64,000 bases of DNA from Thermodesulfobacteriota bacterium (lineage in GTDB: Bacteria; Desulfobacterota; Desulfobacteria; Desulfobacterales; C00003060). How positions within the stretch are numbered: position 1 is the stretch's first letter; each line of letters begins with the position of its first letter. The stretch lies in contig JAXHVD010000006.1 in assembly GCA_034189385.1 (NCBI GenBank), positions 96,001-160,000 on the forward strand, given 5' to 3'. Positions 37,541 through 48,608 of the stretch are shown piece after piece. The notes below the pieces were generated by a model, which saw only the letters and a program-made list of their open reading frames with translations, did not search any database and was not told where the DNA came from. The position numbers and the translations under genes were made by a program.

Positions 37541-37726
37541 AAGATCCGCCTTGTGAATATGCTACCCGACCCTATGGAACTCGGTAAGTGCTCAGACAAG
37601 CAACATGCAACGGCCAACGCTATGTCAAACTGTAGAATATCAAACCGTAAGTGTGGAAGCGCAGAACCATGGTTTACGTTTTTCCGGTGAGTTAGGCCAG
37701 GCCTCCTCATCTGAGCGTCCATTCGC

Positions 37727-38179
37727 TCAGGGACCCATCCGAGGTTCTAAGAGGGCGAGTCCGCTCTCTTTGTCCTTCAAGCGAGTGGCCCGTGCCTCAA
37801 GGATTTCATACAAGATGACTTCGCCTACCAACCATGTAGAAACTCCTGGCCTCAGGCATCCCGTCATGGTTTGTCCCGACCGACCCAGACAAGCGTGTAT
37901 GTGCAGCACGGACTTGCCATCCTGCCCAGGAGCCAGGAGGCCTACCCCGAGCACCTCATGGGCGCCGTCTACGGGCAGCAGCATCGGGTCCGGGGGCCTT
38001 TCGTTAGAAAGCCGTGGTCCAACCACCACCTGTCCCCCTCCGACGCCCCCCAGTAAAACCACGTGGCCCATGGAAACGCCATGGACCTTGGCAAAATCTT
38101 CAATGCACAGCGGAATCGCATCCCCATCTTCCAGGCGGATGACAAAAACCCGGCCCATTCGTCCTTCACTTGCCTTCAC
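37727..38179 (-). CDS. PPC/DUF296 domain protein
   Basis: GRVFVIRLEDG, HEVLGVG, LHIHACLGR, TGCL; GTG start assumed. Confidence 0.88.
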   Translation of the reverse strand: MKASEGRMGRVFVIRLEDGDAIPLCIEDFAKVHGVSMGHVVLLGGVGGGQVVVGPRLSNERPPDPMLLPVDGAHEVLGVGLLAPGQDGKSVLHIHACLGRSGQTMTGCLRPGVSTWLVGEVILYEILEARATRLKDKESGLALLEPRMGP

Positions 38180-38482
38180 GATCAGGTTCCTTACCTTCCA
38201 ATCCACTGTTTAACGTTTAGAAGTTGAGGCAACCCTCTCTCATGGGGAGCCAAACAGCCATTTCCATCTAAACCGACAGCATGACTCAACGCCTTTGGAT
38301 GCCAAAGAGAGGCGCTTGTCCCTGTCCTGAGTGTTTGCCCAAGAATACAAGATACGATTTTCCAATCTTATGTATGCATTCCAAGGCCCTTATGAAGGCC
38401 TCAGGAGCCCGGGGCCACCATACACCAAGAAGCATCTCATTTCAATCTGCCTGTCATTATATTCTTCTGCCGTTTTAACAGC

Positions 38483-39646
38483 TTATCCTAAAGCCTTTAC
38501 GATTAAAGGAATGGCCACAAAGGTCCCCGCGGAACTTCCTATGTTGGTAAACACCACGACAAGCAATATCCGCGTAATTTTATTCCTCCAGAACCCCTTC
38601 ACCGACGAAATATCTTCGGGCAGGTTCTCGAAGTCCTTGACCTTTGGTTTTCCCAAAAAGACTTCAACCAAGCCAGAAACCCAGCCTGCCGCAATCATGG
38701 GATTGAGAGATGTGAGGGGAGAGGCAACAATGGCGGAGAGCACGGTGAGGGGGTGGGCTAGTGCAATCGCGGCTCCAAGGCCTGCCAAGACGGCATTTGC
38801 CAGAACCCACCATTTGATCATCGCCGCACCTGCTGCAGCGCCTGCAGTGAAGAAGCCCAGGATAATGAGCCCCACGATGAGCGCTGGAATGGCCCACTTC
38901 AGCACGCCAAACAGCTTGCCCCTTGGAGGTATTTGCTCCAGTAGGTCCATATCCACAGCCTCTTGCCAATGTCTTTGAATGCCCGGCACGTGTCCCGCGC
39001 CAACGACAGCGACAATCTTTTTCCCTGGCGCGGTTCTGATCTTGTGGGCAAGATAGAGGTCTCGTTCGTCAATGACGACCCGTCTTAATTCAGGCAAGGC
39101 CTCCCCAATCTCTGAAAGAAGCATTTCAAGGACGTCCTTCTTTTTCAACTCCTCAACATCTTCCTCTTCAATGTCACTCCATTCCCCTGATGAGACCAGG
39201 AGCTGGGCAAAGAGCTTCGTCTTTGTCCACAGGCCCATAAGGCGCCAGGTTCTTGAAAGGGTGGTGCGTATCTCCCTGTCCGCCAATTCAATGTGAGCCC
39301 CGGCCGTCTCGGCCGCCTGAATGGCCCTGATCATTTCCTCTCCCGGCTTGATGCCGAGCTTTTGGCCAATTCTCTTTTGAAAATGGGCCAACATGAGATT
39401 CAGCAGGAGGAGGAAAGCCCTTTTTTCCTTAATCACCTTCAGGAGGTCTGTGTTTTGCCATCGGTTCTTCTGGGTAATGGACTGAAATCGTGATTTGCAG
39501 AGTTCAACGCACACCGTATCCGGTTCTTCTTCTTTGATGACCTGGTCCACCAGATCAGCACTTTCCCTGGACACATGGGCTGTCCCCACGAGGATGATCT
39601 CTTTGTCTTCATATGTCAGTCTATGGATGTCACCGGTTGTGGTCAT
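38483..39646 (-). CDS. TraB/PrgY (pheromone shutdown-like) family membrane protein
   Basis: LVGTAHVS..S, PDTVCVELC..R, PGEEM, ADREI..TL.R, IDERD, VAVVGAGH..GI; C-terminal TMs. Confidence 0.93.
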   Translation of the reverse strand: MTTTGDIHRLTYEDKEIILVGTAHVSRESADLVDQVIKEEEPDTVCVELCKSRFQSITQKNRWQNTDLLKVIKEKRAFLLLLNLMLAHFQKRIGQKLGIKPGEEMIRAIQAAETAGAHIELADREIRTTLSRTWRLMGLWTKTKLFAQLLVSSGEWSDIEEEDVEELKKKDVLEMLLSEIGEALPELRRVVIDERDLYLAHKIRTAPGKKIVAVVGAGHVPGIQRHWQEAVDMDLLEQIPPRGKLFGVLKWAIPALIVGLIILGFFTAGAAAGAAMIKWWVLANAVLAGLGAAIALAHPLTVLSAIVASPLTSLNPMIAAGWVSGLVEVFLGKPKVKDFENLPEDISSVKGFWRNKITRILLVVVFTNIGSSAGTFVAIPLIVKALG

Positions 39647-40049
39647 GAGTTAAGTAGTCAGACTCCTTTCGGAACAGTGCATGTGAAAGATTTTTGCTTG
39701 TAGCCCAAATTCATTCGCCCTTGTCCAAGGTCCGTCATGAGTGGAAACTGAAAGAGGATGGTACAATACTGGTTTGGACGTGAGAATTCAAGCGGCAACT
39801 GGGCGGTCTTATAATGATGTGTCAAAGATCCCGAGCTCTTTGCCCCAGGAAGGTGTCCCCATGCAGTCCTGTACTGCGACTGGTATTGCCTGAGAGACTA
39901 TGTAGATGCCTTTTCGTGGCAAAAGGGAGCCGTCTGGTTTCACGTGGCAAGCGCGGAAGCCACTGCGCTGAGGACCTTCGGTAGTGATGTGTGGTCTGAG
40001 CACTTGATTGAAAAAGGGGGGCGCTGCCACCAGCCATCTCCTTTTTGTC

Positions 40050-40556
40050 TCACGCCTCTTCCTGCTGCAACATGGCTAGCTCTTGTTCCCCTATGGTCTC
40101 GATGATCAGGTGGCCCAGGATTATTGCCGTGCTGCGGAGAACCTCCGCGCAGTCTTCCCTCCTGCCGTCAACTTTGAAGGCCTTCACATCTTCCGGATCA
40201 AGCCAGTTTGTCTTTGACGCCCCGCTGCAAATGACGGTGCCTCGAGACGCCTCCATCATTTCCCTAAAGCGCTTGTACATGATCCGTGCTGTGGGCCCGA
40301 CACGGCCATCTTCGATCTCCTCTGGATTGGCACGGCCGAAAAGATCGCCTATGACGGCCAGTGCCCCCACAAGGCAGCTGCACGTGTCTCCACAAAACCC
40401 AAGGCCCGCCGCATAGCCTCCTGCTGCGCGGATCGCGCTATTGGGATCCATTTCACCTATGAATTCCAGCCCTGCTGTCACAATAGCCTGGCTGCAGAGC
40501 ATCTTCTGTTTGTTGAAGATCTCCACAGCTTTTTCTGCCATCTGTTCTGGTGTCAT
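40050..40556 (-). CDS. C_GCAxxG_C_C family putative redox-active protein
   Basis: CSQA..., GY.AGLG..G.TCSCLVG, TVIC, C; RBS aaggag. Confidence 0.85.
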   Translation of the reverse strand: MTPEQMAEKAVEIFNKQKMLCSQAIVTAGLEFIGEMDPNSAIRAAGGYAAGLGFCGDTCSCLVGALAVIGDLFGRANPEEIEDGRVGPTARIMYKRFREMMEASRGTVICSGASKTNWLDPEDVKAFKVDGRREDCAEVLRSTAIILGHLIIETIGEQELAMLQQEEA

Positions 40557-40840
40557 CGTCAATCTCCTTTACGTGAAAGGTATGGTCCATATACTGTTAT
40601 TCCTTTGGGAGCAATCGCTTTTTATGCCAAAAGGCCCATCAAGCATGCCTCTGTAAATAGAGGGCGCACGTAAGCCTAGCTTTCCCAAGGATCTTCTGAT
40701 ATGTTTCACGTCTTTATGCCAGGTCGAGTGTGGGCATTCATTACTGTGTCTTTTGGAATAGGCCCGAGAACAAGGTGGCTTCTGTCACCATGGGCCTTTA
40801 CACTTTCATTTCGTTTGAATTTTGAATAAGGAGGGCTGCC

Positions 40841-42718
40841 ATGCATCCCCTGTTGACGCCTGAGATTGGGAAGAGACTTCTCCTGTTGGGAAACGAGGCC
40901 ATCGTCAGAGGCGCCCTTGAGGCCGGCCTGGGGTTTGCCACGTGCTATCCCGGCACACCATCCTCTGAGATAGGAGACAACTTTTTTCGCATAGCTGCTG
41001 AATCAGACCTCTACTTCGAATATTCCACCAACGAGAAGGTGGCCCTGGAGACGGCTGCGGGAGCGGCTGTCTCTGGAATTCGGACCATGTGCAGCATGAA
41101 ACACGTGGGCCTCAACGTTGCCGCCGATCCCCTCATGACTCTGGCCTATGTGGGCGTGCGGGCAGGTATGGTGGTCATCACTGCCGATGACCCTTCCATG
41201 TTCTCGAGCCAAAACGAGCAGGACAATCGCCTCTATGCAAGGCTGTCGGGTCTTCCAATGCTGGAACCCACCTCAGCCCAAGAGGCCAAAGACATGACCA
41301 AAGCGGCCTTTGAGATCTCCGAGGCCTTGGAGCTGCCCGTGCTTCTTAGGACTACCACCCGTTTGAGCCATTATCGCGGCATGGTGACCATGGAAGAGCT
41401 TAGACCTTCAAAGACAAGGGGGGCCTTTGAAAAGGACAGCGCCCGATTTGTCACTGTCCCTGCCAACGCCAGGGTGCGCCACAAGGTGCTTGTGGATCAG
41501 GGGGAAAAGGCGCGGGAGATGGCCTGTCAATCTCCCTTCAATACTATCACTGGAGAAGGCCCAGGGGGTATTGTAACCAGTGCTATGGCTTACGACTACG
41601 TGGCCGATGCAGTGATGGATCTCGGCCTGGCCGACAAGGTGAAGATGCTGAAGCTAGGTTTCACACATCCCTTTCCCCAAGACCTGGCACTGGGCTTCAT
41701 AAGATCCGTGGAAAGGATCCTGGTGGTAGAAGAACTTGAGCCTATCCTGGAAGAAAGCTTGAAGGTAGTCGCCCAGACCCATGGCCTATCTACACCGATC
41801 GCCGGTAAAGGGGCCGACCTGTTTTCACGCCTTTATGAATACAATCCCGGCATGGTCCGCGCGACGATAGCAAAGTACTTCGGCGTAGACTACACCCCGC
41901 CGAAGGCCATTGACATAAGAGAGGCCGAGGAACCGATTCAGCTACCACTTCGGCCGCCCAATCTGTGTGCTGGCTGTCCCCATCGTGCCTCCTATTATGC
42001 AGTCAACAGTGTGTTAAAGGAAACGGGCACAGAAGCGGTCTTCCCTTCTGATATTGGATGTTACACTCTTGGCATTTTGCCTCCCCTGCAAACGGCTGAT
42101 TTCCTCGTATGCATGGGGTCCAGTGTCACTTCGGCTGCGGGCATTTCCAGGGCAACAGGGAAAAAGGTTATCGCCTTCATCGGTGATTCAACGTTTTTCC
42201 ACTCTGGAATCACCGGCCTGGTCAATGCCGTGCACAACCAGCACAATTTCATCCTTGTCATACTCGACAACGGCACGACGGCCATGACAGGTCATCAACC
42301 CCATCCAGGCGTGGAAATAGCCCCCCAGGGATGGGAGAAACCCTCTATCTCTATCGAGGCCATTGTCAGGGCCTGCGGCGTTGAGCAGGTGAGCGTAGTG
42401 AATCCTATCAACCTGACAAAGATGAAGAATGCGGTCAAGGAAGCCCTGGCCTCTGACAGGCTTTCCGTGATTGTGGCCAAGGCCCCCTGCCCTCTTTACG
42501 AGCGGAAGGTCAAGGGCACAAAGAAAAAACGGGCCTTTGAGGTGGGCCCTGAATGTAATACCGACTGCACGGAATGCGTGGACACCTTTGGATGCCCTGC
42601 CCTTTTTAAGAACCCGGCGGCAGATGCCAAAACCACGATGATCATTGACGAGCGTTTGTGTATCGGCTGCGGGGTGTGTATCCAAATCTGCAAGAAGATA
42701 CGACCAAAAAAAGTGTAG
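40841..42718 (+). CDS. iorA: Indolepyruvate:ferredoxin oxidoreductase alpha subunit
   Basis: GNEAI.RG, YPGTPSSE, NEKVA, MKHVGLNVAAD, RPP.LCAGCPHR, DIGCY, GDSTFFHSG, LDN.TTAMTG.QP, C-terminal ferredoxin CIGCGVC. Confidence 0.95.
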   Translation: MHPLLTPEIGKRLLLLGNEAIVRGALEAGLGFATCYPGTPSSEIGDNFFRIAAESDLYFEYSTNEKVALETAAGAAVSGIRTMCSMKHVGLNVAADPLMTLAYVGVRAGMVVITADDPSMFSSQNEQDNRLYARLSGLPMLEPTSAQEAKDMTKAAFEISEALELPVLLRTTTRLSHYRGMVTMEELRPSKTRGAFEKDSARFVTVPANARVRHKVLVDQGEKAREMACQSPFNTITGEGPGGIVTSAMAYDYVADAVMDLGLADKVKMLKLGFTHPFPQDLALGFIRSVERILVVEELEPILEESLKVVAQTHGLSTPIAGKGADLFSRLYEYNPGMVRATIAKYFGVDYTPPKAIDIREAEEPIQLPLRPPNLCAGCPHRASYYAVNSVLKETGTEAVFPSDIGCYTLGILPPLQTADFLVCMGSSVTSAAGISRATGKKVIAFIGDSTFFHSGITGLVNAVHNQHNFILVILDNGTTAMTGHQPHPGVEIAPQGWEKPSISIEAIVRACGVEQVSVVNPINLTKMKNAVKEALASDRLSVIVAKAPCPLYERKVKGTKKKRAFEVGPECNTDCTECVDTFGCPALFKNPAADAKTTMIIDERLCIGCGVCIQICKKIRPKKV

Positions 42719-42812
42719 CTTGGCCCGGGATCGGGCATCTATTATCTAATGGCGGGGACAAAGGCCTTAGGTCTCTCGCCCAACTTGGATTGACCTAGAA
42801 AGGAAGTCTTCT

Positions 42813-43397
42813 ATGAGCGACCACCGTATATGCTTCATAGGGGTTGGCGGACAAGGAACCCTCTTGGCCACCATGGTCCTGGCCGAGGCGGCCATTTCGG
42901 CCGGTCACAACGTTCTGGCCAGTGAGGTCCACGGCATGGCCCAGCGGGGTGGCGTCGTGGAATCCTCGGTGATGATGGGCAACATTAAAAGCCCTATTAT
43001 TTCAGATGGGGAAGCAGACGTGCTTCTTGGGTTTGAACCGGTGGAAACCTACAGGGCCATGGGCAAGTGTTCCCATGATTCCATCGTTGTTTCCAATACG
43101 GTTCCGGTCATGCCCTTTAGCGTGGCCATTGGTAAAGGCGCGTACCCCGACATTGACAAGCTATTTTCCTTCATTCAGCCCCGCGTGAAAACACTCATCA
43201 CCTTGGACGCCCGTGCCCTGGCCGAGGAGGCAGGTGCTGCCCTCTCAGCCAACGTGGTCATGGTGGGCGCCCTGGCCGGCAGCGGTGCGCTGCCCATTCC
43301 CAAAGAGGCCTTTGAGGAAACCATTCGCACGAAGACAAAGGCCCAGTTTGCCGAGGTGAATCTAAAGGCCTTCCAGCTGGGCTTCGGAGCACTGTGA
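42813..43397 (+). CDS. iorB: Indolepyruvate:ferredoxin oxidoreductase beta subunit
   Basis: [23 protein letters not shown]. Confidence 0.95.
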   Translation: MSDHRICFIGVGGQGTLLATMVLAEAAISAGHNVLASEVHGMAQRGGVVESSVMMGNIKSPIISDGEADVLLGFEPVETYRAMGKCSHDSIVVSNTVPVMPFSVAIGKGAYPDIDKLFSFIQPRVKTLITLDARALAEEAGAALSANVVMVGALAGSGALPIPKEAFEETIRTKTKAQFAEVNLKAFQLGFGAL

Positions 43398-45190
43398 AAC
43401 ATATTCGAAACTTCAGCATTATTGCCCACATCAACCATGGCAAATCGACCCTTTCTGATCGTCTCATCCAGGCGACGGGCATCATTGCGGACCGGGATTT
43501 CAAAGAGCAGATCCTCGACACCATGGACATCGAGCGGGAGAGAGGCATTACCATCAAGAGTCAGGCCGTTTCTCTGCCCTACAGGGGTGACGATGGCCGC
43601 AGCTACACCCTAAATCTCATCGACACCCCTGGCCATGTGGACTTCACCTACGAGGTCTCAAGGTCTTTGGCCTCTTGTGAAGGGGTCCTTCTCCTTGTGG
43701 ATGCCAGCCAGGGAGTGGAGGCCCAAACCGTGGCGAACCTTTACATGGCCATGGATCACGATCTTGAAATCATTCCTGTGATCAACAAGATCGATCTTCC
43801 CGCGGCTGACGTGGGACGGGTCCGTGAGGAGATTGAAGAAGACCTGGGACTCGACCCGGAGGGGGCCATTCTTGCGTCTGCCAAAGAAGGCACGGGAATT
43901 GCCGAGGTCCTGGAGGCCATTGTTATAAGGCTCCCCCAGCCTCTGGGGGACCCTGCAAGCCCTCTAGAGGCCTTAATATTTGACTCCCATTACGACTCCT
44001 ATCGGGGCACCATTATCCACTGCCGCGTCTTTCAAGGGACCGTGAAAGCTGGAGATACCATACGTTTCATGTCCAATAAGGCGGCCTACCGGGTGGAAGA
44101 GGTGGGGGTTTTTCAGATCAAAAGGATGCCAAGAGAGGCCCTTTCTGCCGGCGAGGTGGGTTACATCATTGCCGGGGTTAAGACCGTCAGCGATACTAGA
44201 TGCGGTGACACCATCACGCATGACGATACCCCGTGCCCAGTCCCCCTTCCAGGTTTCAGGGAAATAAAGCCGGTGGTCTTTTCTTCCATCTATCCGGTAG
44301 CCTCTGACGGATATGAAGACCTGGTCACGGCCATGGATAAGTTGAAGCTAAACGATGCCTCCCTAATCTACGAGAAAGACACCTCCGTGGCACTGGGCTT
44401 TGGGTTCAGGTGCGGATTTTTGGGACTCCTCCACCTGGAAATCGTTCAGGAGCGTCTGGAGCGTGAATTTAACCTTTCACTCATTATAACGTCCCCGTCA
44501 GTGAAGTATGAATTTGTCATGACAGACGGGACCACACAGATCATAGACAACCCCGTCCTTTATCCTGATCCTGCCAAGATCGCCACGACCCGGGAGCCCT
44601 ATATCCGGGCCGCTATCATGATGCCTGACAAATATCTGGGTGCCGTGATCAAGCTGTGCCTTGAGCGCCGAGGGGTTCATGCCAAACATCAATACTTGGG
44701 AAGGCGAAGGATCGAGTTGACCTGCGAGCTTCCTCTGGCTGAAGTGATCTACGATTTCTATGACAGGCTTAAGACCGTTACCCAGGGTTATGGTTCCTTT
44801 GATTATGAGCTTCTTGACTATCGGGACAGCTCTCTGGTTAAACTCGACATATTGATCAACGGCGAGAAGGTGGATGCCCTGTCACAGTTGGTCCATCAGA
44901 ACGGTGCCTATGGACGGGCAAGATACGCTTGTGAGAAGTTAAAGGACGAGATTCCCAGGCAGATGTTTAAGATCGCCATCCAGGGGGCTATAGGGACAAA
45001 AATCATTGCCAGGGAGACGATATCTGCTTTTCGCAAGGACGTGACTGCCAAGTGTTACGGCGGAGACATTACCCGGAAGCGTAAGCTCCTTGAGAAACAA
45101 AAGAAGGGGAAGAAGCGGATGAAAATGGTGGGATCTGTCATGATTCCCCAATCTGCTTTTCTTGCTGTGCTGAAGCGGGACACCGACTAA
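43394..45190 (+). CDS. lepA: Elongation factor 4 (LepA)
   Basis: [66 protein letters not shown]. Confidence 0.97.
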   Translation: MKHIRNFSIIAHINHGKSTLSDRLIQATGIIADRDFKEQILDTMDIERERGITIKSQAVSLPYRGDDGRSYTLNLIDTPGHVDFTYEVSRSLASCEGVLLLVDASQGVEAQTVANLYMAMDHDLEIIPVINKIDLPAADVGRVREEIEEDLGLDPEGAILASAKEGTGIAEVLEAIVIRLPQPLGDPASPLEALIFDSHYDSYRGTIIHCRVFQGTVKAGDTIRFMSNKAAYRVEEVGVFQIKRMPREALSAGEVGYIIAGVKTVSDTRCGDTITHDDTPCPVPLPGFREIKPVVFSSIYPVASDGYEDLVTAMDKLKLNDASLIYEKDTSVALGFGFRCGFLGLLHLEIVQERLEREFNLSLIITSPSVKYEFVMTDGTTQIIDNPVLYPDPAKIATTREPYIRAAIMMPDKYLGAVIKLCLERRGVHAKHQYLGRRRIELTCELPLAEVIYDFYDRLKTVTQGYGSFDYELLDYRDSSLVKLDILINGEKVDALSQLVHQNGAYGRARYACEKLKDEIPRQMFKIAIQGAIGTKIIARETISAFRKDVTAKCYGGDITRKRKLLEKQKKGKKRMKMVGSVMIPQSAFLAVLKRDTD

Positions 45191-45198
45191 ATGAAGGC

Positions 45199-45270
45199 TG
45201 ATGGATTTGTGAAGAGTCGCCACTCCGGTGAAACCCGCATCGGGGTCTGGGCCAGGCACCAGAGTCCAGA
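45199..45270. repeat. Degenerate MITE/REP-like palindrome remnant
   Basis: tgatggatttgtgaagagtc resembles the left end at 12574; followed by actccggtg...caccagagt hairpin. Confidence 0.45.
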
Positions 45271-45335
45271 GCTATTAATACTGGTTGAATGGACAAGGTG
45301 GCCGCCATGAGGCCGTCTGCTCCAAGGCATTCCCG

Positions 45336-46652
45336 TTAAAGCCTCCAGTACAAGAAGCCCATCCTGTCGGCTTCCTCTTTAGAATACAAGGACTTTACAT
45401 CTGCAAGGACTGGCTTACCTGTCCCACTTATCTCCGTGATTCTCTCCAGGCTCAGCTCCTCAACGTATTGCCGATGTTGCACGGCCAGTACAACGGCATC
45501 ATAGGGCTTACGGTCTCCTATGTCGTTGATGAGGCCAATATTGTATTCTTGCATGGCCTCGTCCTTGTACGCATACGGGTCATGAACATAGACATCCACT
45601 TCATAATCCTTCAATTCATGGTAGATATCGATGACCCGAGTATTTCGCATATCGCTGATGTTCTCCTTAAACGTAAGCCCCAGGATCAAGACCTTGCTCC
45701 CTTTGACGGCCTTTCCTGCTTTTATGAGCATCTTTAACGTGTTCTCTGCCACGTATTTGCCCATGTTATCGTTGATCCTGCGACCAGCCAAGATAATCTG
45801 GGGATGATACCCGATGCTTTCGGCCTTAAAGGTCAGGTAATAGGGGTCCACCCCGATGCAATGGCCGCCGACGAGACCGGGTTCAAACCTCAAGAAATTC
45901 CACTTGGTGCCCGCTGCCTCCAAGACCTCTTTGGTCCCGATGCCCAGTTTGTTGAAGATAAGAGAAAGCTCATTCATAAGGGCAATATTCAAGTCCCTCT
46001 GGGTGTTCTCAATAACCTTGGCAGCCTCTGCGGTTCTGATGTCAGGGGCTAGATGGACGCCGGCAGAGATGACAGAGCTGTAAATCTCAGCCAGTAAGCG
46101 GGCCACTTCCTCTGTGTCACCGGCCACCACTTTGATGATCTTGTCAATGGTGTGCTCCTTGTCACCGGGATTGACCCTTTCAGGGGAATAGCCCACGTGA
46201 AAACCCTTTTTCCACAAAAGCCCGCTCTCCCTTTCCAAGATAGGCACACAGATTTCCTCGGTGACGCCCGGGTACACCGTGGACTCGTAGATCACCAGAG
46301 ACCCCTCACTCATATGCTCTCCGATCAACCAGGTAGCCCTTTGAACTGGCCCGAGATCGGGGATCCTGTACTCATCAATAGGGGTGGGGACCGTGACGAT
46401 GATGAGTTTACACTCGGAGATCTTCTCGGGATTACCCGTGAACTCAATGTTAGAGCCCCTGAGGGTCTCCGAATCTACTTCCTTTGTTCTGTCCATGTGA
46501 TTTATGAGTTCGTTGATCCTTGTCAAATTCACATCAAAGCCGATGATCTGGTATTTCGTGGCCATCAACGCAGCCAATGGAAGACCCACATAGCCCAGAC
46601 CCACTATGCAAATATTCTGATTCCCGCTTTCGAAATCCGTTTGCTTGAACAT
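45336..46652 (-). CDS. UDP-N-acetylhexosamine 6-dehydrogenase (TviB/WbpO-like)
   Basis: GLGYVGLPLA, VPTP, ESTVYPG, YSPERVNPG, KVIENTQRD.N, GGHCIGVDPY, GLTFKEN..D.RN. Confidence 0.93.
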   Translation of the reverse strand: MFKQTDFESGNQNICIVGLGYVGLPLAALMATKYQIIGFDVNLTRINELINHMDRTKEVDSETLRGSNIEFTGNPEKISECKLIIVTVPTPIDEYRIPDLGPVQRATWLIGEHMSEGSLVIYESTVYPGVTEEICVPILERESGLLWKKGFHVGYSPERVNPGDKEHTIDKIIKVVAGDTEEVARLLAEIYSSVISAGVHLAPDIRTAEAAKVIENTQRDLNIALMNELSLIFNKLGIGTKEVLEAAGTKWNFLRFEPGLVGGHCIGVDPYYLTFKAESIGYHPQIILAGRRINDNMGKYVAENTLKMLIKAGKAVKGSKVLILGLTFKENISDMRNTRVIDIYHELKDYEVDVYVHDPYAYKDEAMQEYNIGLINDIGDRKPYDAVVLAVQHRQYVEELSLERITEISGTGKPVLADVKSLYSKEEADRMGFLYWRL

Positions 46653-46679
46653 CTTGACTCCTCTCCTGGGAGGCAACGG

Positions 46680-48578
46680 TTAGCTCAGAAAACCTTCCTC
46701 GATCTCAATCTCGCTCTTCTGCCGAAGCTGGTCAAACCATCCATCCAGAAGCTTCTGACGTTTCTGAAAAAACAGGCTGCGCTTGGTCTCTTCTTTTTGG
46801 GCCTCAAATTCCTTGGAATCAGCCTCTCTTCGCTCTTTTAGCCGTATCACGTAGAAGTCTTTCTTGCCTTTGATCACACGCTCTGCCAGAGGGGCTGAAA
46901 GGTCTAAGGAAAAAGCAGTGTCCGTGATTTCCTCTTCGGCACCGATTTCCGGAATGGATCCGAACCGCTTAAAAAGCTCTGTGCTCTTTGACTCCAGGCC
47001 GCGGCTCCCTGCCTCTTTTTCAAAGGCGGCCCCCTGCTTAAGGGCATCTAGGAATGCCTCTGCCGCTTTGTTCGCAAGTTCGTCCTGCTTGATCACAATG
47101 AGGTCTTTTCGCACCTCTTCCTCAACAGTCTTCAACGCTGGGATTTCAGCCGGCTTTCTCCCTGTCACTTCAAGAATGTAGTATCCCTCCGCTAACTCCA
47201 GGACCTCGCTTACCTCGTCGTCTGCCAGGTCAAAGGCTGTTTCCGTGAATTTACCCCTGTCCTTAATCCCCTCAACCCGGTCACCCCGGGCAAAAAAGCC
47301 GGTCTCATGGATTTGCAGTTCCTGGGCCCTGGCCTCATCGGCGATGTGGCCAGGCCCATAGCAAGCGTCATACATCTCTTCTGCCCGATCATATGCAAGC
47401 GTTCTGGCCCCATCTTTCACCAGCTTTTCGCGGATCTCCTCTTTGACCGTGGTGTCCAATGCCGGCTCTTTGGCCTCTTGAACCTCTTCGACCTTGATTA
47501 CGTGCCAGCCAAAGGGGGACCTTACGGGGTCACTGATCTCGTCTGGCTTCATGGAAAAGGCCGCATCAGAAAAGGGCTTGACCATCTTGTCTTCTGCAAA
47601 AAATCCCAAATCGCCCCCCTTGGTCTTACTGCCGGGATCATCAGAATGCTTCTTGGCCAACTCGACGAAGTCGGCCCCAGCCTTTGCCTCTTTCGAAACA
47701 GAAAGGGCCTTCTTGCGGACCCTTTCAATCGCATCTGCGTCTGCCTCGCCTTCTACCTTAAAGAGGATGTGGCGGGCCCGAACCTTTTTGGGCGCACCAT
47801 AGCTGTCCCTGTTTAGATCGAAGTACTCGTTTATCTCTTCCTCCGAAACATTGACTTCCGGCTCCAAGTCTTTAAAGGCAAAACGCACATAGCTCACATT
47901 GATTTGGGGGGGTATCTCATAGCCTTTTTTGTGTTCACTGTAATATGTCTCAAGCTCCTCAGAGCTCACGCCAACCCCTTCATACGACGTGGGGCTAAAG
48001 ACCACATAGTCCAGGCTCACCTTTTCTTCCCGCCACTTGAAGTTCTCCAGGGCCTCAGCATCCGACACCTTAATACTCCCCACCACAATCCCTTCCATCT
48101 TTTCCACGAGAAGGTCTTCCTTCACGCTCTCTTCAAATATCTCAGGAGTCATTCCGCTGCGAGACAGCACACGTTTGTATCGCATTGGATCAAACTGCCC
48201 GTTGTATTGAAAAGCAGGGATCTTCTGGATGGCGCCGGCCAGTGCCTCGTTGGTTACACGCAGACCAAGGCCCTCTGCCTGTTGGAGAGAGAGTCTCCGC
48301 TCGATCAAACGGTCTAGGGTCTGTCTCCTCAGATTAAGGGTCTTGAGAAGTTTCTGATCCAGGGCATCGCCGAACTGTCTTCGGTATTGCTCCAGCATCC
48401 GATCGTAAACATTTCGGTACTCGTCCAGGGAAATGATAGAACCATTGACTACTGCCACACGGTTTCTTTGTCGGGCCCGACGGCTGCCCACCCCCCAGAA
48501 GACAAATACGACCACAATGACCCCTAAAATCACTTTGATCATCCAGGAGCCAGCATGTTTCCTCATCAAATTCAGCAT
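46680..48578 (-). CDS. ppiD: PpiD-like membrane-anchored parvulin chaperone
   Basis: N-terminal TM, SurA-N region, VRARHIL, F..LAK..S.D.GS..KGGDLG.F, PVRS.FGWHVIK. Confidence 0.9.
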   Translation of the reverse strand: MLNLMRKHAGSWMIKVILGVIVVVFVFWGVGSRRARQRNRVAVVNGSIISLDEYRNVYDRMLEQYRRQFGDALDQKLLKTLNLRRQTLDRLIERRLSLQQAEGLGLRVTNEALAGAIQKIPAFQYNGQFDPMRYKRVLSRSGMTPEIFEESVKEDLLVEKMEGIVVGSIKVSDAEALENFKWREEKVSLDYVVFSPTSYEGVGVSSEELETYYSEHKKGYEIPPQINVSYVRFAFKDLEPEVNVSEEEINEYFDLNRDSYGAPKKVRARHILFKVEGEADADAIERVRKKALSVSKEAKAGADFVELAKKHSDDPGSKTKGGDLGFFAEDKMVKPFSDAAFSMKPDEISDPVRSPFGWHVIKVEEVQEAKEPALDTTVKEEIREKLVKDGARTLAYDRAEEMYDACYGPGHIADEARAQELQIHETGFFARGDRVEGIKDRGKFTETAFDLADDEVSEVLELAEGYYILEVTGRKPAEIPALKTVEEEVRKDLIVIKQDELANKAAEAFLDALKQGAAFEKEAGSRGLESKSTELFKRFGSIPEIGAEEEITDTAFSLDLSAPLAERVIKGKKDFYVIRLKERREADSKEFEAQKEETKRSLFFQKRQKLLDGWFDQLRQKSEIEIEEGFLS

Positions 48579-48608
48579 AACAACCTCACATTATAGGGAC
48601 TACAGGCT

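Noticed and set aside
38483..39646. TraB as a sign of a conjugative element
   Set aside because: It is the TraB/PrgY metalloprotease-like family, and no conjugation genes are nearby
40050..40556. Selenocysteine recoding in the C_GCAxxG protein
   Set aside because: The relevant positions are Cys codons; no internal in-frame TGA
45285..46841. + strand ORFs of 150 and 229 aa
   Set aside because: Antisense shadows of the nucleotide-sugar dehydrogenase and ppiD
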